From positions 1 to 11,809 of the forward strand of contig JAHLWH010000150.1 in NCBI GenBank assembly GCA_019058015.1: a stretch of DNA of 11,809 bases, written 5' to 3'. The first letter of the stretch is position 1, and each line of letters opens with the position of its first letter. The notes beneath the pieces were generated by a model. It was not told the DNA's origin, ran no database searches, and was given only the letters and a program-made list of their open reading frames with translations. The position numbers were made by a program, and so were the translations under genes. Below are positions 6,507 through 11,809 of this stretch, in pieces. Origin of the DNA: Promethearchaeota archaeon (GTDB lineage Archaea > Asgardarchaeota > Lokiarchaeia > Sigyniarchaeales > SOKP01).

Positions 6507-8174
6507 ATGTTTAAAAGATCATTTGATAAATTTTTAGAGAAATACCCTTCCAAACCCAGTTTATATCCTTATATATATTCAATTAATTTTAAGGGTTTAA
6601 AGACTAAGGCAAAAAAGAAAATAACTACAGAACCTATAAAATGTAGTCAATGTGGAGCCGTTTTAACTAATATAGAGATAATTCAGGAAGATTCTAAAAT
6701 TGGGACTTATTATAAGTGCGAATATTGTGGAACTGTTAATGTTATTGATAAAGAACAAATTGTAGAATCCTTTCCAGATGATATTGATTTTATAATTGAG
6801 GATATTATTAAAAAAGAACCAAAAACGGTAGAAGAGATTACTAAAGTAGGAGCAATAGAGGGAGAATTATATATCTCCATCATAGATATTTCAGGAAGTA
6901 TGAGTGGGGCAAAGATTGAGGCTGTCAAAAAATCGCTTATTCAAACAATAATGGATTTCAAACTAAATTCTCCCACTACTAAATATATACTTATAGCATT
7001 TGAAAGTTCAGTTTATTATTATTTGAGACATGATAAAAACCCAATAAGGTTTAGTGGTGATTTGTTATTCAATTTGGGGAAAATGACAGAACAATTAAAA
7101 AAATCCATTATAAAAGAACGATTAGGTTCAATAGGAGAATTTGCTGATGGATGGGTTAAAAAAGTTCAAGAATTAAGGTCTATGGATATGACTGCATTAG
7201 GACCTGCCTTATACTTTGGAATAAATTCATTTGAAAATTTTCAATTTACTGGGAGAATAACTCTTTTAACAGATGGATTAGCAAATCAAGGAGTTGGAAA
7301 TTTATCTGGTACAAGTGTGGGAGCTGAAAAATTTTATGAAAAGATGTCAGAATTATGCAATCAATTAAATATCATTGTTGATGTAGTAGGTGTCTCTGCA
7401 CATGGCGATAATAATGAAATGGGTTTACAAATTTTAGGGAAATTAACTGATAAAACGGGAGGAAAACTATTTTTAGTTTCAAGTCAAGAAATGGAGTCTA
7501 TTTTTACTCAATTAAGACAAACTAAATATCTTGGAAAAGATGTAAAAGTTAAAATTATTACTCCAAAAATAATAAATATAAAAAATATTACAGGAGCATT
7601 TAGTTCTAAAGGAACAATAAATGAATCTGAGGTAAATTTAGGAGCAATAACAGAAGACCGGGAATTATTTGTTGAATTAGAAGCACCAAAAATTATTAAA
7701 GAAGCAAAACAAGAAGAAATTCCGATTCAATTACAAGTGGAATATAAAGATAAAGATGGATGTAAAAGATTACGAGTTATTAATGATAGAGTAAAAATTA
7801 CAAAAGATGAAAATGAATTTGTAGCTAAATACGATCAAAAGCTTAATGCTATGATGAATATTCAAGCTGCAGGTACTTCTTATTATGCAGGTAAAGCAGA
7901 TAAGTCTAAAAAGCAATTAAGTGGACTAAAAAGTGAAATATTAAATGAGCGAAATCGTTTGAAGTCAATAGGCGCCGATTATTCGCAAAACGCATTTTCT
8001 GAGAGTTTAGAATTTTTAGATGATGAATTAGAAGAAATGGAATTAGAACAAAAAGAAGCTGCAGCAGCTCCAAAAGCAAGTTATATGGCAGCTAAAGGAC
8101 AATCTAGAAGTCGACTTTCTCAAGAATTAAAATCATTTAGAATAGCTGAAAAGAAAAAGAAAGCTAAAAAATAA
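6507..8174 (+). CDS. Sec23/Sec24-like protein: C4 zinc finger + vWA (trunk) + beta-sandwich + helical/charged C-terminus
   Basis: PIKCSQCGAVL...YKCEYCGTVN (C46/C49/C71/C74) resembles the Sec23/24 Zn finger. The vWA has IIDISGSM, MTALGPAL, RITLLTDGLANQGVG and LTDKTGGKL. IQLQVEYKDKDGCKRLRVIN resembles the last strands of the Sec23/24 beta-sandwich (Q...Y....G.RR.RV). Confidence 0.85.
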   Translation: MFKRSFDKFLEKYPSKPSLYPYIYSINFKGLKTKAKKKITTEPIKCSQCGAVLTNIEIIQEDSKIGTYYKCEYCGTVNVIDKEQIVESFPDDIDFIIEDIIKKEPKTVEEITKVGAIEGELYISIIDISGSMSGAKIEAVKKSLIQTIMDFKLNSPTTKYILIAFESSVYYYLRHDKNPIRFSGDLLFNLGKMTEQLKKSIIKERLGSIGEFADGWVKKVQELRSMDMTALGPALYFGINSFENFQFTGRITLLTDGLANQGVGNLSGTSVGAEKFYEKMSELCNQLNIIVDVVGVSAHGDNNEMGLQILGKLTDKTGGKLFLVSSQEMESIFTQLRQTKYLGKDVKVKIITPKIINIKNITGAFSSKGTINESEVNLGAITEDRELFVELEAPKIIKEAKQEEIPIQLQVEYKDKDGCKRLRVINDRVKITKDENEFVAKYDQKLNAMMNIQAAGTSYYAGKADKSKKQLSGLKSEILNERNRLKSIGADYSQNAFSESLEFLDDELEEMELEQKEAAAAPKASYMAAKGQSRSRLSQELKSFRIAEKKKKAKK

Positions 8175-8182
8175 TAATAAAA

Positions 8183-8206
8183 TTTTTTCTTTTTTTTATT
8201 TTTTTT
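8183..8206 (+). terminator. Archaeal-type oligo-T terminator of the Sec23/24-like gene
   Basis: TTTTTTCTTTTTTTTATTTTTTTT follows directly after the tandem TAA TAA TAA stops. Confidence 0.6.
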
Positions 8207-8261
8207 CAATGATTTAAGTTTATTTCACTTAGTAAAATAGGATTAAAGAATTAAAATTAAG

Positions 8262-8271
8262 AAAAAAAAAA
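8262..8271 (-). terminator. Oligo-T terminator of the ABC operon
   Basis: A10 on the plus strand is T10 on the minus strand, about 16 nt downstream of the permease stop. Confidence 0.5.
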
Positions 8272-8287
8272 GGAATTGAATTAGAAT

Positions 8288-9319
8288 TTAAACAGATATT
8301 TCTCGTCTCTTTAGACTCCATATACCAAAGAACAAAAGTAGTGCAGCGATTAAAATCCAAATCAATAGTGAAAAAATGGGCAAATAATAATTTGTTTTAT
8401 CTAAGCCACCAAGGTTTATTCCTTGATCAGGGTCTATAGTTGATGTGAGGCTATACACTCCGGTTATTTGTCCAAAAAACATTAGCCAAGCTGCTGAGGG
8501 TGGAATCGCATTCAATGTTTCAATAAATAGCACAAAAACATTTCCTAAATGATAACCAAGATCGAAGTGATAAATTTGGAACGTTCCATATAAAGCACCT
8601 GTAAGAGTTCTAATTATCATAAAGGCAAGGAATGAAAAAATTATTAATATCAATACAATCATCGATGCAGTTCTTGATTTTTTGAATATCGAAGAAAACG
8701 CCATTGTAATACTTGTGAATAAAAATACGATAAACACACTATAGAGATACAAAGCAGTTAAGAATGGTACTAAGCTAATAAAATGGTCAATATTTCCTGA
8801 CTTTATTAATACTCCACTCCATCCAATTGTAAAGATGGAAATAAAACTTATTAACATTCCAAAGAAAATGACTGCTAAATATTTACCTAAGAAAATTTTA
8901 ATTCGACTAATTGGCTTACTCACTAAAATCAACATTGTCCCTGAACTTACTTCTTCAGCAATAAGATGTGATCCAGAAGTTCCGATAATAGATGTATATG
9001 CAATTCCCAGAGTCCAAAAGAATGCAGGAAAAAGAAGCGCAATACCTATTATTGTTGCAGCGTGATGTGATGAGATTAAACCGAAATCGATGCCCGTTGG
9101 CATGAATATAAAGATCAATGGAAGAAATAGCATTGCGATAATGGTTATTATGAGCTTTTTTAGTGAACATATATCAAAAAATGTTTTTCTAATTATTATA
9201 AATGTTTTTCTTGAAATATATTTACCAAACCAAGTTCTCAGTGGTTGAAATACTTTATTGTTTGATTTCTCAACTCCGGGTTTAATTTTATTAATAAGAC
9301 TTGATTGATCGTTTTTCAT
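8288..9319 (-). CDS. ABC-2 type transporter permease
   Basis: IAEEVSSGTMLILVSKPISRIKIFLGKYLA is the ABC-2 permease signature. It has about 6 TM helices and a 4-nt ATGA overlap with the ATPase stop. Confidence 0.93.
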   Translation of the reverse strand: MKNDQSSLINKIKPGVEKSNNKVFQPLRTWFGKYISRKTFIIIRKTFFDICSLKKLIITIIAMLFLPLIFIFMPTGIDFGLISSHHAATIIGIALLFPAFFWTLGIAYTSIIGTSGSHLIAEEVSSGTMLILVSKPISRIKIFLGKYLAVIFFGMLISFISIFTIGWSGVLIKSGNIDHFISLVPFLTALYLYSVFIVFLFTSITMAFSSIFKKSRTASMIVLILIIFSFLAFMIIRTLTGALYGTFQIYHFDLGYHLGNVFVLFIETLNAIPPSAAWLMFFGQITGVYSLTSTIDPDQGINLGGLDKTNYYLPIFSLLIWILIAALLLFFGIWSLKRREISV

Positions 9320-10281
9320 TTCTCATCATCCTCCTTCTTTGACATAATTTCCATAAAAATATCTTGTAATGATAACTCAGGTTGATGGAAGCTTAATAAT
9401 GTAGCCTTATTTTCAATTAGCATTTCAGGTATTATTTTTTGCAGTTTTGCTGGATCTTTTGGGATTATATGAATTTTACCATCGATTTCTTCAATTCTTG
9501 CTTTTGAGATAAAATCCTTATTTTTCAAAATTTCCAAGAATTTTTCATTCATATCAGTATCTAAAATATATAGATTACTAACAAAGCTTTTCTTTATCTT
9601 CTTAATTGAATCAGATACAACAATTTTACCATGGTTTATCATCGTAACATCTTCACACATTTGCTCAATTTCAGATAAAATATGGCTTGAAACAAATACG
9701 CTTACTTTATCAGATAATTCTTTAATTTTTTGGATAACATCTACTCTCCCAAGTGGATCTAAATTAGCCGTGGGTTCATCTAAGATTAAAACTTTGGGCT
9801 CATGTATTAAAGCTGCTGCAATACCAATCTTTTGCTTCATTCCACCAGAATATTTACCAATTTCCCTTTCTCGTGCATCAAAGAGGTCAAAATAGTCTAA
9901 CAATTCTTGAGCCTTTCTTCTTGCTTCTTTTGCTTGTAAACCACCTAATTGTCCCATGTATATTAAATATCCTTCACCAGTCATATCCTCATAAAAAACG
10001 GGATCTTGGGGGAGAAAGCCAATTAATTGTTTAGCAGCCACAGACCCGGCTTTTAGTTCTCTTATTTTTGCCTCTCCTTCCGTAATTGAAATAGCACCTA
10101 CCAACATATTATATGTAGTTGTCTTTCCTGCTCCATTTGGTCCAAGAAATCCATGAATTCCAGGTTCTACACGTAGATCAATTTTTGATACCGCTTCTAA
10201 CTCTTCTTTTCCCTTTCCATAAATTTTTGTTAATCTTTCACTCCATACTTCATAATTGATTTTCAATTTTTTTTGTGTCAT
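9316..10281 (-). CDS. ABC transporter ATP-binding protein (ABC-2/DrrA-like)
   Basis: Walker A GPNGAGKTT, Q-loop LPQD, signature YSGGMKQK, Walker B/D-loop LILDEPTANLD, and H-loop SSH. Confidence 0.97.
   Translation of the reverse strand: MTQKKLKINYEVWSERLTKIYGKGKEELEAVSKIDLRVEPGIHGFLGPNGAGKTTTYNMLVGAISITEGEAKIRELKAGSVAAKQLIGFLPQDPVFYEDMTGEGYLIYMGQLGGLQAKEARRKAQELLDYFDLFDAREREIGKYSGGMKQKIGIAAALIHEPKVLILDEPTANLDPLGRVDVIQKIKELSDKVSVFVSSHILSEIEQMCEDVTMINHGKIVVSDSIKKIKKSFVSNLYILDTDMNEKFLEILKNKDFISKARIEEIDGKIHIIPKDPAKLQKIIPEMLIENKATLLSFHQPELSLQDIFMEIMSKKEDDEK
9330..9334 (-). promoter_or_regulatory. Shine-Dalgarno GGAGG for the permease
   Basis: AAGGAGG lies within the ATPase 3' end, 10 nt before the ATG at 9319. 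Confidence 0.55.
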
Positions 10282-11809
10282 CTATTTTTTCCCTCCTTTA
10301 TTGATTTTTTTATCAATTAATATCATTTCTCTTTCTTTTTTCCTAAATCGCCTATAAACAATGAAACTTCCAACAGCTACACCAACAATAACAAAAGTTA
10401 AAATATATTGAATTAAATTGGGGGCAACTAAAACACTTATTGTATTTATAGCTATAATTAAACCACTTCTGTCATACATAACGATATTAATTTGTTTCCA
10501 CCCAGAACTTAGAGAAACAGGAACACTTTTAGATGTTGTAGATCCTTGACTAATTCCATCTACGAGAACCTCGAAATAATCATAATTTGAATCTGTATCC
10601 CATTCAATGTTAAAATTATGCGAAGGCAATGCTTGTCCATCAATTGGATTTAACATTTGAATCTTAAATTTTGAATTTACACAGAATATTAATTCGCCAC
10701 TACTAACTAAAAGTTCTTTTTTTCCATCTTCATTTAAATCATCAATTGGAAATATAGAGTCAATATCCATTTTAAATCTATAAAGAGTAGTTCGGTTAAT
10801 TACATCCAATATTTCGGTAGTCGGAACTGCAGTATAATATTGAGTCGTTGTTTTTATATATGAATTACGCTCAATAAGAGTCTCACCTTTGTTATCCCCA
10901 TTTATATCTCCAATATTTTCAATAGAATCAAAAAATTCATATGATGGCGTATAAAAAGGCATAAGACTGCCAAAAGGATCTAGTTCCCAATAATATTCAG
11001 TTAGTTCGATTGCATTATTTTCATCACTATTATAAATATCATAAAATTTGATTGATGACTCCTTAAAATAACTTAAATCACCTACACCCTCCCGCCAAAT
11101 CATCGATCTTATTTGCAAACCAACTATTGCATCTAATATTCCGTCGTTATTGCAATCTCCAATTGATGCAAATGGCATTTTAAGTTTATTTTGATTTGAA
11201 GAACTACTTGATGGTATACCTGTGTTTTCAAATAATTTTCTAAACAAAATAATTGGATCATTATCGGCCGAATTTCCGCTATATATTATGAATTCATTAC
11301 CGCTAACCCACATATCAACTTGTTCTGAGTAATAATGATATAAACCTACGTGATCAAGGTAATTATCTCCATCAAAATCTTCATAAGAAAATAATAATCT
11401 ATAACCAGCACCCTCTGAGCTAAAATCAATTTTTCCTGCAGTCGTAGAACTACCAAATGTAATTAAATTAGTTGTGGGAATTTTACTAATTGTAGATCGA
11501 GTATTAATATCAATGATTTGAATGTAAGTAAGCCCATATTCTCTAATTTCAGGTTCCCATTCATATGGGTAAGTCCATCCATATTCACCTATGATAATTC
11601 CAATTTTTCCATCTTTTGATATAGTTGTTTTCCCAGGAAGTTCATATAGATATTCATCTGTAGTATAAAATGGTGGTATTATTTCCCATAAATAATCCAT
11701 TTTAACCCTAGATTCGGAAAAATTATCAAAATTTGTTATTTGAGAAGTCCAATGCGGATTGCTGATTAATTTATGAGAACAATTATAATTAATTCCAAAT
11801 TGAAATCTA
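10282..11809 (-). CDS. Membrane-anchored FG-GAP/VCBS (Ca-binding beta-propeller) repeat protein with Ig-like stalk and C-terminal TM helix; 5'-truncated by the window edge
   Basis: The frame stays open upstream of the track's Met at 11700 to the window edge (RFQFGINYNCSHKLISNPHWTSQITNFDNFSESRVK-M). There are four Dx[DN]xD[GN]-type loops: EDFDGDNYLDHV, IGDCNNDGILDAIVG, IGDINGDNKGETLI and IDDLNEDGKKELLV. These are followed by an Ig-like segment (IQMLNPIDGQ...IEWD...FEVLVDG), a TM helix (YILTFVIVGVAVGSFIVY) and a basic tail. Confidence 0.88.
   Translation of the reverse strand, partial: RFQFGINYNCSHKLISNPHWTSQITNFDNFSESRVKMDYLWEIIPPFYTTDEYLYELPGKTTISKDGKIGIIIGEYGWTYPYEWEPEIREYGLTYIQIIDINTRSTISKIPTTNLITFGSSTTAGKIDFSSEGAGYRLLFSYEDFDGDNYLDHVGLYHYYSEQVDMWVSGNEFIIYSGNSADNDPIILFRKLFENTGIPSSSSSNQNKLKMPFASIGDCNNDGILDAIVGLQIRSMIWREGVGDLSYFKESSIKFYDIYNSDENNAIELTEYYWELDPFGSLMPFYTPSYEFFDSIENIGDINGDNKGETLIERNSYIKTTTQYYTAVPTTEILDVINRTTLYRFKMDIDSIFPIDDLNEDGKKELLVSSGELIFCVNSKFKIQMLNPIDGQALPSHNFNIEWDTDSNYDYFEVLVDGISQGSTTSKSVPVSLSSGWKQINIVMYDRSGLIIAINTISVLVAPNLIQYILTFVIVGVAVGSFIVYRRFRKKEREMILIDKKINKGGKK
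10292..10296 (-). promoter_or_regulatory. Shine-Dalgarno GGAGG for the ATPase
   Basis: AAAGGAGGG lies within the 3' end of the upstream gene, 10 nt before the ATG at 10281. The upstream stop abuts the start (TAG-ATG). Confidence 0.55.

Noticed and set aside
6710-6928. 72-aa minus-strand ORF
   Set aside because: It lies antisense inside the Sec23/24-like gene and has the Ile/Ser-rich composition typical of shadow ORFs.
8835-9170. ORFs 8835..9065 (+) and 8955..9170 (-)
   Set aside because: They are antisense and alternate-frame ORFs inside the well-supported ABC permease.
10282-10420. Calling the FG-GAP protein a true integrin alpha
   Set aside because: The tail lacks GFFKR, only one short Ig-like domain is visible, no integrin beta partner is in the window, and FG-GAP repeats are common in prokaryotes.
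11698-11700. ATG at 11700 as the start of the FG-GAP protein
   Set aside because: The frame is open to the window edge and no signal peptide follows this Met, so it is probably internal.
1-11809. CRISPR array, tRNA/rRNA, transposase, integrase or known defence system
   Set aside because: No regularly spaced repeats, cloverleaf structures, terminal inverted repeats or matching protein motifs were seen. The CPBP 'Abi' family name alone is not evidence of phage defence.

Overview
AT-rich, gene-dense window with T-tract terminators and TATA-like promoters. The gene mix suggests an Asgard (Lokiarchaeia-like) archaeon, but this is inference. From left to right it holds: (1) a 3'-truncated secreted, possibly metallopeptidase gene on the minus strand that the ORF track missed and that has unusually high GC; (2) an MBL-fold hydrolase; (3) a small Cys-rich gene missed by the track because it has no ATG/GTG/TTG start; (4) a minus-strand run of a HAD phosphatase, an extended ICMT/PEMT-family membrane methyltransferase, a CPBP (Rce1-like) protease, thyX and a frameshifted crotonase-family gene; (5) a divergent Sec23/Sec24-like Zn-finger + vWA + beta-sandwich protein; (6) a convergent, tightly coupled operon of a membrane-anchored FG-GAP repeat protein (5'-truncated), an ABC ATPase and an ABC-2 permease. 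The most interesting items are the Sec23/24-like protein, the Rce1-like/ICMT-like neighbouring pair and the FG-GAP + ABC operon. No rRNA, tRNA, CRISPR array or mobile element was recognised.
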